Shown one piece after another: positions 43,051 to 58,000 of a DNA stretch of 64,000 nucleotides. The notes beneath the pieces are model-generated. The model saw nothing but the letters and a program-made list of their open reading frames with translations. It was not told the DNA's origin and ran no database searches. Each line of letters opens with the position of its first letter. Position 1 is the first letter of the stretch. This stretch comes from Euprymna scolopes (taxonomy: Eukaryota). Where the stretch lies: the NCBI GenBank assembly GCA_053919585.1, contig CM132785.1; one strand, written 5' to 3'. The position numbers and the translations under genes are program-made.

Positions 43051-46000
43051 ACTTTTATATACATTAAAATTCTAACTTTTACCTTTGTAGATTTAAGAAA
43101 GCATTTTTCATACATCAATTTTATCGCTATACATGTTCTCCTGTATATATGAAATTGATTCTTTAGAATCAAAATGTAAATGAAATAATTATTCAATCAA
43201 AAAATGTAAATATATTAAATTTTGTAAATATATTATTGACTAAAATATGTTCTATATAATTAAAATTATGTATATGAGTTAATTAACTTTTAAAATATAC
43301 ATGAATATACGCCATAAGTCTTTTGTCTTAGATTGAGTATTTAATGTTAACAAATGTTTTTTTACATGACTTTTATTTCTATCAAATTATAAACAAATGA
43401 TGCGAACCTGTATCTCCATATTTCTTACGGAACAGACTGAACTTTGGAAGTTTCATTTCAAATTGTGGAAAAGACCATGATCCTGATAATCGAAATGTAA
43501 TATTATGTATAATAACTGAATTAATTGTTTCGACCAATCATTTTTATTTTCGCATGAACTTAATAAAAAAATAAAATATTTCTTTTAATGACAATTCTTT
43601 ATGAATTTCAATTTTTGTTAAATCATATTAACTTATAATTATATGTAGAGGAAATTTATCGCATAATTATAGGTCAACGTAAATTAGACCGATATAATTA
43701 AAAGTTTTTACTTTATAAAAGTATTTGATTTAGAGAAATCTTTTTAAGAAGTTCAAGATAAGAACGTTATGAAATGTATTAATTAATTGATGCAAACACT
43801 ATATGATATACTTATCTAACCTTCAACGTCTGCTTCCATTTTAGGAAGGGCTTCACGGGCCTCTTTTAGATCAAGTTCAAGTTCGGGATATTGGGCTTTC
43901 TCTGCCTCCAGGATAAGCTTCTCAAGTGCGGGTCTATCATTGTTCTTCATAGCTAACCGCATTTGGGCACGTAGGTCTTCGGGGGACATCAATTCGATTG
44001 TTACATCTATATAAAATCATTAGATTTTTGTAGTTTAATATTGTAAAGTGGATTATGTATACAATCAATTCTTATAATGTATCTTATAGATTATACTATT
44101 ATATGTATGTATATATGTTAATCTCTAATCTATCCATAGAGTAAACATTCGACTGTGATATGCATTTTTAATTGTTCATGTTCATGAAATTATTAGTCAA
44201 TTATATACGAATAATACGTATTATATTTGTCAGTAAATTGCACAATGAGGCAAACGTTTACTAATGCGTGACGTATTTCTTTTTTTACTTTTGTTCTGAT
44301 AAATGAAATTTTATTTTACTTATATTACTTATAGTATATATCTTCTCATATATTTTTATTAGAATAAAATCATCAATTTTCGGATTACCGCCAGCGGCGT
44401 TGTTAAGATTATATATTTTAAGTCTACAATCTTAGAATTCTATAAAAGTATCTGCAAAACGTAAAAACAAAACTTTCGTAATATAATGGGTTAGAAATTT
44501 AAATATTTTCATACATGTGGTATTTTAGATCTTGTTATTACTATCTAATATTATTATTATTTATTTACAAGCAACTAAAAAAAACCAGCGAACCTTTATC
44601 TTTTTTCTTCTTTGAGAAGAGTCCAAAGCTTGGCATTTTGATATTAATGTCTGGGAACGACAGGGATCCTGATGACCAAAACAAGATATACAACAGTAGA
44701 AGACAAATATAAAACTGGTCGATTATAGGTGGGTGCTTGGAATCAAATAATTTTTATATTACATTAGATGTACACTTAAATTGGAAAATTAATATTTTTA
44801 AAATGTTATCAATAGAAAATTCAGCTATGGCTCTAAAATCTGAATTCCGCTAAGTTTTTAAATTAAAATCTCGCCAGAAAAATTATAAAATAATAATTCT
44901 GTTCATAATGTCAATTAAATCTCATAAGGAAATCGTAGTAATTATAATTTATTGTAATAATACTTTCTTATATTCCGCAATTAGTTTATGTGAATGATAA
45001 TAACAAACCTTTGCCGCTTTCTTCCAAAGTATCCAGATGTAATCTGGCTTCTTGGATATTTGGCATGAGTTCCGGATGTCCGTAACTGACACATTCGTCA
45101 ATCACCTTCGCCAGAAATTCTGGATCATTTTTCTTGATTGCACCATTCAGTTTCAATTTAAGATCATCTACACTCAATTTTCCTGATAGACAAATAATAC
45201 CAATGTCAACGACGCTAAACCTTTTTTAACGGGACACCGATTTAAAACATTATAAGGGGGTATCATTATGCTTATTGAAAAACAAATTTCATGAAAAGAA
45301 TTGTAATGAGATAATTGTTATTATATATTACATAAAATTGAAGAACAATTATCTTTATATGACGTATTTTGTATCATATTTTTCCGAATTAATATAGAAA
45401 TGCAATGAGTAATATATATTATGCTTTTTATTTGTAACCATTTAAATATACATTTTATGAAACGAGGGTGTTACTTATATCAAGTTATTTTATAAATAAA
45501 TCGTCGTTATTTACCGAAAATGATTTATTACATAAGGATATGAGTAAATAAATCCTAACACAAATTAACATTAAGTAATGGTTAAGCAGAATTATATATT
45601 ACAAATAAATTCATCATGAACATTAACAATACTAACCTCCACGACCAAAGCCCATACCGGCTAAAGCGTCTCTAGCCAAATTGAGATCGAGAGCGAGTTC
45701 CGGGAATCTGGCTTCCTCGCATTCAATGATTGCCTTTTCCAACTGAAGTTTGTCTTTGTTTTTGATTGCTGTTCTCAGTTTGCCACGAAGAAAGTCCGGT
45801 GTTTTAAGATCTGATTAATGTAATTAATTTTAAATTATAATTCTATAGAGCGAATTTAATGATTTTTTTAGATATAATCCTAAAATATTTATATCTTTTA
45901 AAAAATGAAATTCGCATTTTTAAATATTTATCACGAATTTGTGTAAGAAATTAATAAAATATAACCTTTAGGTCAGTTAACTTTTAAGTTTGGATTATTT

Positions 46001-49000
46001 TATATATTAAAGATTCACTTTAATTTATATTTAAAATCATGTATGTGAACCTCGTGCGAAATTATTTTAATAGTGTCAGACTGCATAAAAAACTAATAAT
46101 AACGTGCACAAATTCCAAATCTTACGGCGATAAATGAATCATAAAAATCCTATTGTTATATATAATATATTTTCTTATAAAATTATGTAATTTAATTTAA
46201 ATATTTACTATTAAAATATTTTATAAAGATATTTGTTACAAAATTGTATTCTAACCTCCTTTTCCGCCTTCCAGTTTAAATAAGGCAAGTCTGGACTTGT
46301 GAATATCAGCATCGAGTCCAGGAAGACCGAGACTGATGCTGTCTCTAATGGTTGCATCCAAAAGTTTCTTATCTTTTGCTTTCAATGCTGCTTTATGTCG
46401 TTTACGTAAATCGTCCACGGAAATTTCTCCTGATAATTGAACATCGATTAAATTAAAAATATGAAAGAAAACATCCTTCAAATAATTCAATTTTCAAAAT
46501 TTCAAATGCTCATTTATTGTAAAAATGATAAATTAATTAAAATATGTTTCGAGATGCTAATTCATCTTTATCGAATTAATAGTTATAGTATTGAGAGGTA
46601 TAAGTTGCAATAAATTGTTATGATTACAATATAATTTAAAATATTAAATAACCTCCATATCCGCCACCCAATTTGAAGAGTGCTTCCCTGGCCTCACAGA
46701 GATCGAACGCCAGTTCTGGATACTTGGCTTCCTCGGCAATGTCAATAAGTTGTTCTAATTTTGGTCGATCATTGTTCTTCACAGCTAAGCGCAGTTGGTC
46801 ACGCAATGCTTCTGGTGTCAAATCGTCCAAAGATATGTCTGTTTAAAATCAGATTCCAATAGTCAGCAAAACTTAGAAATAAAATTAATGCGAGCCAATC
46901 TTAATTCATATTGTATGAACCATTATATTATATTAATTATTAATCATTTAAAGTATTTTGTATATGCATTGGAATTATAATAGGCATATTTTCAAATTTT
47001 AACATTTTATATCCAATATGTTATTATATAGTTTGGATTGACTTTGAATTAGAATGGAAATCAAATAACTATTTAAATAAAATATAAAAGTATATGAACT
47101 TTAGTAAAAATTATTTAATCGATGCCTCCATTTAGTCTTGAAAGACAAAGGATACCTCCTGTAGGGGCAGCTGCGCGTGTGACTGAGAGGCAAGGGTTGC
47201 GCAATCCGCAACCATACTTCTCCTGAATCGGCACTGTATGAGTCCAATGGCAAGATGTCCAGGACGATTGGAAGCAATGCCGAGATAAGCGGAGAGCACA
47301 TACAGTACATGGAAGGCCCAAATGGTCATCCATTTAGTACTGACCACGTTCAACGTTGCTTAACTTCGGTAATACAGCAAGAACAGGTGTCTCAACGTGA
47401 TTATGCCATATATATTTAATAAAACTATATCATATAATGAATAATATTTACAAATAAATATAATTATATATGCAAGTTCAATTTTAAATATATTACACAG
47501 TACATAATAGGTATTTAACTGAATATTTAATATTCAAACTTCAGAAATCAGTTATGTTAAGGTTTATATTATTCAAATCATGTATAAATTAATGCGAACC
47601 TGTATCTCCATATTTTTTACGGAAGAGACTGAACTTCGGGAGATTCACTCCGAATTTTGGAAACGACCATGATCCTAATAATTAAATTGCAATAATATTA
47701 CAAAATAATAAAAGCAATTTTGTAAAGAATAATTATTTTGAATGTTCAAATAATTTTACAACAATAAAATTATTCATTTACTGTTCATTTAATGACCAGC
47801 TCATATAAGTCTTAATTTTTCAGGTAAATTGAAAAAATGTTCATGCTAAAAGATATTTACTAGATATTTATTGCTTTAAGATAAAAGGAACGATACCATT
47901 ACGATCAACGATTTTAAAAATAACAAATAAAAGTTATGCTTTAGATTAATTGATAAATAGGATCGATATCAAATATATAATTTACATTAAATTAGTCGGT
48001 GCAATCAGGATATGATATACTTGTCTAACCTTCAACGTCTGCTTCCATTTTTGGAAGTGCTTCACGGGCCTCTTTTAGATCAAGTTCAAGTTCGGGATAT
48101 TGGGCTTTCTCAGCCTCCAGAATAAGCTTCTCAAGTGCGCGTCTATCATTGTTCTTCATAGCCAACTGCATTTGGGCACGTAGGTCTTCAGGGGACATCA
48201 ATTCGATTGTAACATCTATGTAAAAGCATTACGTATTTGTTGTTTAATATTGTAAAGTGGATTATGTATATAATCAATTTCCACAACGTAACTTATATCT
48301 AACACTATTCAATGGCTGCATATACATATTAATATCTAAACTTCTTTTGAGTTAACATTTAACATTTATATGTATTTTTGCATTGTTTATGTTCACGGCA
48401 ATTACTGATAGATTATATATGAATAATATTTATAATATTTATATATTTGATATTTAATCATTTTACTAATGCATGACTCATAAATCTTTTACCTTTACAA
48501 ATGAATAAAATTGTATTTTACGTTATTAATTTTAGTATATTATTTATGTTCATGTTATATTAATGTGATTGTACGTAAGGCAATCGAACCATGTTTAAAA
48601 TGTGATAATAAATGTGTTGTATCTTTGTAGAAATATAATATTTCTAAGACCACAATCAGTGAGTTTTATTAAGATTTCTACAAAAATTAAAATCATTAAT
48701 GATCTAACAGGTTAAATATAATTGATTTTTATACGTTGTATAGTTTTGCTTTTGTAATTATTAGTTACTATTAAATTTATAGTATGAGAAATTCAAAGAA
48801 AGCGAACCTTTATCTTTTTTCTTCTTAGAGAAGAGACCAAAGCTGGGCATTTTGATATTGATGTCTGGGAACGACAGAGATCCTGACGACCAAAATAAGA
48901 TATTTTATAGCAATACAAAAGAGAATACGATAGAAGACAAATATATAACTGATTGATTCAGGCATGTGTTTAAAACAAAATTATCCATATTATTTAGATG

Positions 49001-52000
49001 AAAAATACAAGATAATTAATTACTATGTCCCATTAAGTAAATTATGCAAAATTTTACTATTGTTCTAAGAACTGAATTGCACTAAGTTAAGCATTTTAAA
49101 AATTAACTCAAGTGGAAAAAATAAAACACCCATATTTATTAATATTATCAAAATCCTGTGAAAGTATCGAATGAATAATAATTTATCACGAAAAAAAATA
49201 TTAACTTTTTCCCAATTAGTGGATGTGAATGATAAGAACAAACCTCTGTCGCTTTCTTCCAAAGTATCCAGATGTAATCTGGCTTCTTGGATATTTGGCA
49301 TGAGTTCTGGATGTCCGTAACTGACACATTCGTCAATCACTTTCGCCAGAAATTCTGGATCGTTTTTGTTGATTGCACCTTTTAGTTTCAGTTTAAGGTC
49401 ATCTACACTCAGTTTTCCTAATAAACAAATAATACGAATGACAACGAAATTAACACTTTCCATAGGTGAAGTCGAGTCATAGTAGATTATAGGGAAAATT
49501 CATATTCATCCGCACTAAGTAACTTAGTTCATCAAAGACATGTAATTAATTCAGATAATATAATGTGTACAACAACGAGTCGATTGATAGTTCATTGTGC
49601 ATGCAAAATGAATTACCGGTTTACGATTTATGAAGTAATATGTAGATTTATAATGGGATATATTAATATTTATTAACTAATATATTAATCCTTATACATA
49701 AACACTTAGATATAGATTGATTTACGCAAAAAATTGGTTTGGTTGATGTACATGTAATTTATTAGAAATCTATGCCTTAATATATGTCTTAATAAAAATT
49801 CTTAAACATTTATAAAGAAATAATATGATCAGGAATTATAAAATCAACATTCGTCGCATAGAAGATTTAGACTGAGTATTTGATAAAAAGGTTCATTGGT
49901 AATAAACTGCGAAAATACTAACCTCCACGACCAAAGCCCATACCGTCCAGAGTGTCTCTGGCCAAATTGAGATCGAGAGCAAGTTCCGGAAATCCGGCTT
50001 CCTCGCATTCAATAATGGCCTTTTCCAATTGAAGTCGGTCTTTGTTTTTGATTGCTGCCCTCAATTGGCCACGGTGAAAGTCCGGTGTTTTAAGATCTGA
50101 TTAATGTAAGTAATTTGAAGTTATTCGATAATCTTAATATAATTTCCACATAATTTTCTGATATATTCCCGAAAATTTTAAAAGTTTAAAACAGCAATTT
50201 CTCTCTTTAAGTTTAATGATACATATTAGCCAAAATAATTCTTATTAGGAAGAAACTTGAATAGCGTTATACATTAAGCACTATAATTTATCTGTTATGA
50301 AATTTATATTTATAATTTTATATTGAAACATATTTTCGGACGATGGAAATCATATATACATAGGATAGAGGTACAAATTAATTATAATGTAAATCAATTA
50401 CAAATCATAAATACATTGAAACCATGTTTTCTAATGAAAATACGAAATTTGCTTATAATATTAGTATACGTAATTCTTATAAAGTGTTTAATATATATTT
50501 GGAAGTTTCATAGAGATTTGTATTAAAAGCGTATTCTAACCTCCTTTACCGCCTTCCAGTTTGAATAAGGCAAGTCTGGAATTATGAATATCAGCATCGA
50601 GTCCAGGAAGACCGAGAGTAATGCTGTCCCTAATGGTTGCGTCCAAAAGTTTCTTATCTTTTGCTTTCAATGCTGCTTTATGTTGTTCGCGTACGTCGTC
50701 CACAGTAATGTCTCCTAAAAGTTGAATGTTCATTCATATGGAAATATGAGAATACTTTTCAAAATGTTACTCTTAAGGCGAAAAAAGATATACATAAAAA
50801 TACGTTTTAGAAGTATTTTGTTTTCACCAAATTTACAATTAATTTCCTAAATAAATATGATTCAAGCTTAATTAATGAATGATAATTAAGACGGTAATAT
50901 TTTAAGATGGTAACATTTATAGAGAAAGAAGTATCTTGTTAATCTAACCTCCATATCCGCCACCCAATTTGAAGAGTGCTTCTCGGGCTTCACAAAGATC
51001 GAACGCCAGTTCTGGATACTTGGCTTCCTCAGCAATGTCAATAAGTTGTTCTAATTTTGGTCGATCATTGTTCTTCACGGCTAAGCGGAGTTGGTTACGT
51101 AATGTTTCTGGTGTCAAATCGTCCAGAGATATGTCTATTCAAAATCAGATTGTAGTTGTCAAAAATATTTCATATATAAAAATAAATGTTATATATTTAT
51201 TAATGTTATAATAAAGTATCCTTATCACAAATGACGCATGTCTCTATTTATGTATATGTTTATATGTCGGATATATATGCACAATAGCATTTTACGTTCG
51301 TAAGGTACATCTTTATATTATATTTACACACATTATTATGTATATATTGAATTATTTTAAAACATTCTTGCCAGACTGTAACACAAATCATAAAACATGA
51401 ATAATATAAAATGGATTTTTTTTTTTGTAAATAGAATCCTTTATAGAGAAGGTATTAAATGATATATGCACACACGCACACGCGCACACACACACTCACA
51501 GACATACACACACACATATATGTACAAAATATATAAGATAATCTACAATTATTAAGGAATCTTGCACATACGTTTTGTACTTGGGATTTAATATTAAGCA
51601 AGTATTTTCTTAAAAATTATTATGAATAAATCATTAGTAAATTGATGCGAACCTGTATCTCCATATTTCTTACGGAACAGACTGAACTTTGGAAGTTTCA
51701 CTCCGAATTTCGGAAACGACCATGATCCTGATAATCAAAATGTAATAGGATTATATAATAATAGTATATATTGGGCTGGAACGGATTTCGTTAATATTTT
51801 CTTGGTTATTTTTAAATACATTAATAGAATGATTCAGTTTACTGGCAACTATCTGTATGCGCAATTTTCTACATTGCTTATATATTTTTATGAATGAAGA
51901 TTACTCGATAAGAATGGTTGACGTTTATTAGTGTAATAAACTTAGAGGATTATGATAAAATGGTGTTAACAGACTCAAAAATGTAAACAAAAAGAAATAC

Positions 52001-55000
52001 TTGAATTAATTAAAAATTTAATCGGATGTGGAATAAATTTGTATATAAAAGTGACAGTGTACACGAAATATTATATACGTAACTAACCTTCAACTTCGTC
52101 TCCCATTTGAGGAAGTGCTGCACGGGCCTCTTTCAGATCAAGTTCAAGTTCTGGATATTGGGCTTTCTCAGCCTCCAAGATAAGCTTCTCAAGTACGGGT
52201 CTATCATTGTTCTTAATAGCTAACCGCATTTGGGCACGTAGGTCTTCAGGGGACATCAATTCGATTTTAACATCTACATAGAATCATTAGGTTATTGTAG
52301 TTTAATATTAGAAACTGAACAATTATACATATAATATATTTTAAAAATATTGTCCTTAATTCTCTGAATCCCTACTATAGTAATATTAAACAATAATGAG
52401 GTGCATAATTGTAATTTATCAATGGGGGCGTTAATTTATCGGTATTAATGATATATAATATATCAATAATATATACCATATTTATTTATTTGATAATTAA
52501 AATTTTTAATAAATTACTTAATTCTTCTTTTACTATGTTTTTATTATCGAACATTTATTTAATTATATTTCATTGCTGAAATTAAATCAAAGAAGTTAAC
52601 TTTAGGTTTAAGTGAAATTTAATGTAATAAAATAATTAATTCTCTTGGATCAAATCGCGCTAAAAAGAAAATTCAGTTTATCCTATTTTTCAAACAAGAT
52701 TGTTTTAAAAATAGAATTTTCACAATGTTATAAAATTACATATGGACATAAAATACTTTTGTGATGGCTATAAAATAAGAATGATTAAAACGTTTATAAA
52801 TAATGTATTTGAATAATACAGATTAGTATTTGAGACTAATATTTGTTATTATAATTACAAGAGTTTCTTTATAGAAACGAGCTAACCTTTATCTTTTTTC
52901 TTCTTAGAAAAGAGTCCAAAGCTGGGCATTTTGATATTAATGTCTGGGAACGACATAGATCCTGATAACACAAATAAGGTATTTTATATAAACATCAAAT
53001 AAATTAAAGTATCATTGTAATAAATCATTTATTCCATTGATATTAAGTTGAAAATAAATTAATGTATTAATCGTTTATAATTGAATTTGTATTATTAAAA
53101 AAATCCATTCGGTAAAGAATGTAAGAAAATAAAATATTGACGGAAAATATAAAATGATAATTTGTCAAATATAGATGCATTTTGAATTTTGTAACTAAAT
53201 CGAAATAAATTATAATATATTGCGATAAGAATTATAACTTTTTCATTATTAAGTTTATGTGAGTGAGAACTACAAACCTCTCCCGCTTTCTTCCAGAGTA
53301 TCCAGATGTAATCTGGCTTCTTGAATATTTGGCATAAGTTCTGGGTGACCATAACTGACACATTCGTCAATCACTTTCGCCAGAAATTCTGGATCGTCTT
53401 TCTTGATTGCACCATTCAGTTTCAATTTAAGGTCATCTACACTCAATTTTCCTGATAAACAAATAATACCAATAGCTAGAATATTTACAATTTCCTATAG
53501 GTATTAAGCAAGTTATAGTAGATATACTAAGAAATTCTGTGTTCTGGAAAAATACGTAATTAGATAATTTTAAATTTTATCAGGAATTTAATTAAATCTT
53601 TAACAAACATATATTTTATGCGTATTTATGATCCGTTTATATTAATATTTTTATATAAATCTGATTACAATAATATTGTCTTATTCCATACGAGATTAAT
53701 AATCTGATGGTTAAGTTTTATTACAAATGTATAAATAATATCTAAGAGGATGGTTTAACTGTTTCTATGATAATTCAAATAGAACTTTCGAATGGATTAG
53801 AAAGATCGATGGATAAAAAAAATGGAATTCGTTATGATCTTTAAAAATACTAACCTCCACGACCAAAACCCATGCCATCTAAAGTGTCTCTGGCCATATT
53901 GAGATCGAGAGCAAGTTCCGGGAATCCGGCTTCCTCACATTCAATGATGGCCTTTTCCAATTGAAGTCTGTCTCTGTTTTTGATTGCTGCTCTCAGTTTT
54001 CCACGGAGAAAGTCCGGTGTTTTAAGTTCTGGTTAATGTAATTAAATATAGATAATGATTCTATATTGTCAATGCGATTTTAATGTAATTTTAAATATAT
54101 TCTGTAAATTTTATATTATGTAAAGATTGGAATTTCTATCTATGATACCTTTTACGATTCTTGAAAAATATCGATCGAAATAATTAATATTGTGCAATAT
54201 TGGTTGCATCTTAAGCTTTAATACTTTATACGTAAAGGATCCACATCAATATTTATATTTTTGAAATGTAATCTATATTTGTAATAATACTTTATGGATA
54301 CCAATTAATAAAGAATTTAAATTATACAAGAGGAAAAGTTAGAAATTAACTATGAGGATAAACAGTTTAAAGACGAGGCTAGCTTATAAGATTAATAAAG
54401 ATAACTCTTATAATATGTTAATGTTATTGAAACTTTAATTAAATATTCAGAACATTCTTATAGATAAATATATAAAAATGTGTAGTCTAACCTCCTTTTC
54501 CACCTTCCAGTTTAAATAAGGCCAGTCTGGACTTATGGATATCAGCATCGAGTCCAGGAAGACCAAGACTGATGCTGTCTCTAATGGTTGCATCCAAAAG
54601 TTTCTTATCTTTTGCTTTCAATGCTGCCTTATGTCGTCCACGTATGTCGTCAAGGGAAATATCTCCTAATAATTGTAAATATGTTTAGTTAAAAAATAGG
54701 GAAAAAACTAACATAATTTAATTAGCATACTTTTAAAGATGCAGTTATCGCGAAAACATATATAACTTTAAAAACATTCAGAAATGTTTTAGCTTCATCA
54801 AAGGTGTGCTTAAATATTTACAATAAAGATAAATATAAACTTTATGTATTAGAATTGAGCAAAGATATAATCATTAGGATATAATTATAAAAATATCAAC
54901 ATTTATTAGTCATATTAATTTTTTTAGAAATCTAACCTCCATATCCGCCACCCAATTTGAAGAGTGCTTGTCGGGCTTCACAGAGATCGAACGCCAGTTC

Positions 55001-58000
55001 TGGATATTTGGCTTCCTCAGCAATGTCAATAAGTTGTTCTAATTTTGGTCGATCATTGTTCTTCACAGCTAAGCGCAGTTGGTCACGCAATGTTTCTGGT
55101 GTCAAATCGTCCAGAGATATGTCTATTTAAAACCAGATTGAAATAGTCAGATATATATTTCCTTTCTTGTTGATTTAAATAAATTTAAATTATTGTATGG
55201 TAGGTCCTTATATAATTCAAATCAGTCNNNNNNNNNNNNNNNNNNNNNNNNNNNNNNNNNNNNNNNNNNNNNNNNNNNNNNNNNNNNNNNNNNNNNNNNN
55301 NNNNNNNNNNNNNNNNNNNNNNNNNNNNNNNNNNNNNNNNNNNNNNNNNNNNNNNAATTGTTTTTGCTATCTTTGTAGATTTAAATATTATTAATAAGCA
55401 AATGTGACTAGTATAAAAACTACGCTGTATTTTTTTTAGAAAATTATTACTATATATGCAACCCGATGGTCACACCATTTACACTTAGGGATATTAAAGA
55501 AATATATTAATTTTTGTAAAAGCGTATCGTTAATGTCAGATTTGTATGATACTTAGGTATAAAAATATGTAGATACAAAATTTATTTTGCCAATATATGA
55601 TGTGTCATAAGCATTTATGTTTTGTAATCTAGTATATGTTTTGCATTTAGTATTTTACATTCAGATATATTTCACCTTTAATTTTATGAAAATCATATAA
55701 TTAAAAAGTGATGCTAACCTGTGTCTCCATATTTCTTACGGAACAGACTGAACTTTGGAAGTTTCATTTCGAATTTTGGAAACGACCATGATCCTGGTAA
55801 TCGAAATGTAATAATATTATATAAAAATAGAATGAATGATATGGGAAAGGATTTCTTTAGTATTTTCATGATTGTATTTAATATATCAAAATATAATTGT
55901 TAATTTTACTGCTAATGTAATATAAAGTACTGATTGAGTTTAGTATTTTTTTTCTCTTAGTAAGTACAAATTAAGAATGAAGTTAAGCGATTTATCACGT
56001 TTTTATTATAACCATGTTAAATTCAGGAAGAAAACTGAAAAGATATATCAATCTTTTGATCTGTTTAAATGTACAAATGTGATTTAATTGTAAAATATTT
56101 TCAAATTAATGTAAAATTTGACATATTTTTGGAATATATTATTCAAATTAATTAATTTAAAACAACATATTATTAACATATCTAACCTTCAACGTCAGCT
56201 TCCATTTTTGGAAGTGCTTCACGGGCTTCTATCAAGTCAAGTTCAAGTTCTGGATATTGGGCTTTCTCGGCTTCCAAAATAAGTTTCTCGAGTGCGGGTC
56301 TATCATTGTTCTTCATAGCTAACCGCATTTGAGCACGTAGGTCTTCGGGTGGAATCAATTCGATTGTAACATCTACATAAAATTATTAGTTTATTTTTAT
56401 TTTAACATTCCAAATTGAATGATTAAAAATAAATCAATTTCAAAAATGTTTGTTACTCTACATCTACATGTGAATATCTAAGACTATAGCAAACATTAAA
56501 GTGTGAGATACATATTTCGATTGTTTATAATAATAATTATATTGTTAAGTGATAAGATTTCTGTATATGACAATTAAGTATTTATACTATTAAATAGTAA
56601 GGTACTAAACTTTTACATGTTTGATGAATTAAATTTTATTTTAATTATATTTCTATTAGTTTATTATTTATTCGTAAGTTATAATATGGCTTAAAAATTA
56701 TTCAATTTTTTACAAATTGTTACTTTTCGATTGTAAATTATAGTTATATACTTTATGTAAAGAAGGTTTTAAAACCGAACCTTTATCTTTTTTCTTCTTC
56801 GAGAAGAGTCCAAAGCTGGGCATTTTGATATTAATGTCTGGGAATGACATAGATCCTGATAACCAAAATAAAATAGTTCTATAGAAACATAATAAAACAT
56901 ACGATGGGACAAATACTTTCTTTGCAAAAATTCTTAATTTAACTTTCATTGATTTTTAAAAAATGATTAAATAATATTTTATAATAATTAAACCGTAATG
57001 TGGCATACTTAAAATGAATTCCGACGATCAATCAAAAATTAACGCAAATTGAAACGCAACCGAAAAATTCTGAAAGAATCATTTTTTTTTCATTTATCAG
57101 TAATTCTATACATTGTGTCAAAATATCAAATAGATTTAAATTTAGAACGACAATAATTTAAATGTTTTCCGATTTTGTATATGCAAATGATCGAGACGAA
57201 CCTTTGCCGCTTGCTTCTAAAGAATCCAGGTGTAATCTGGCTTCTTGGATATTTGGCATAAGTTCTGGGTGTCCGTAACTGACACATTCGTCGATCACTT
57301 TCGCTAAAAGTTCTGGATCGTTTTCCTTGATTGCACCCTTTAGTTTCAGTTTAAGGTCATCTACACTGAATTTTCCTAATAAAAAATGGCACAAATGTCA
57401 ATGACATGAACACTTTTTAGCTGATAAGTGGATTTACACTAGATTATATGAAATAAATACGAAATAAATCCATAATTTGTATTGATCATTAAGGTTGGGC
57501 AACAAAACATTAAAAAAAGATAATTTGAAATTATAGAGTACATAAAATGAAGAATCGAATGACAATTATATTTTCATGAAAAATTAACAGTTATGGAATT
57601 TTTATCGATAAAAGTTATAATTTGCTTAATAAAAATAATTCAGTTCCGTTAATAAACCAAAAGTTGTCACGATTTTATTAAAGTTAACTGTATATGACGA
57701 ATCAAAATAATTTAATTATTTTCTGGAATAATAAAAAAACGTTTGAATATAACAAGATTGGTGTATTCTGAGAAATAAAAATAAATTGAGAGATCCAACC
57801 ACGATTTACTTATGAACTACTGAAATACTAACCTCCACGACCAAAGCCCATACCGTCCAGAGTGTCTCTGGCCAAATTGAGATCGAGAGCAAGTTCCGGA
57901 AATCCGGCTTCCTCACATTCAAGTATAGCCTTTTCCAATTGAAGTCGGTCTTTGTTTTTGATTGCTGCCCTCAGTTGGCCACGGTGAAAGTCCGGTGTTT

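Noticed and set aside
47101-47353. Three overlapping minus-strand ORFs
   Set aside because: Chance ORFs in the GC-richer SINE-like insert.
47299-47407. Functional 5S rRNA gene
   Set aside because: Many substitutions, missing 5' end, no T-run terminator, and fused to a foreign body.
8347-55394. ORFs containing X runs or IYIYIY tracts
   Set aside because: Artefacts of N gaps and (AT)n microsatellites.
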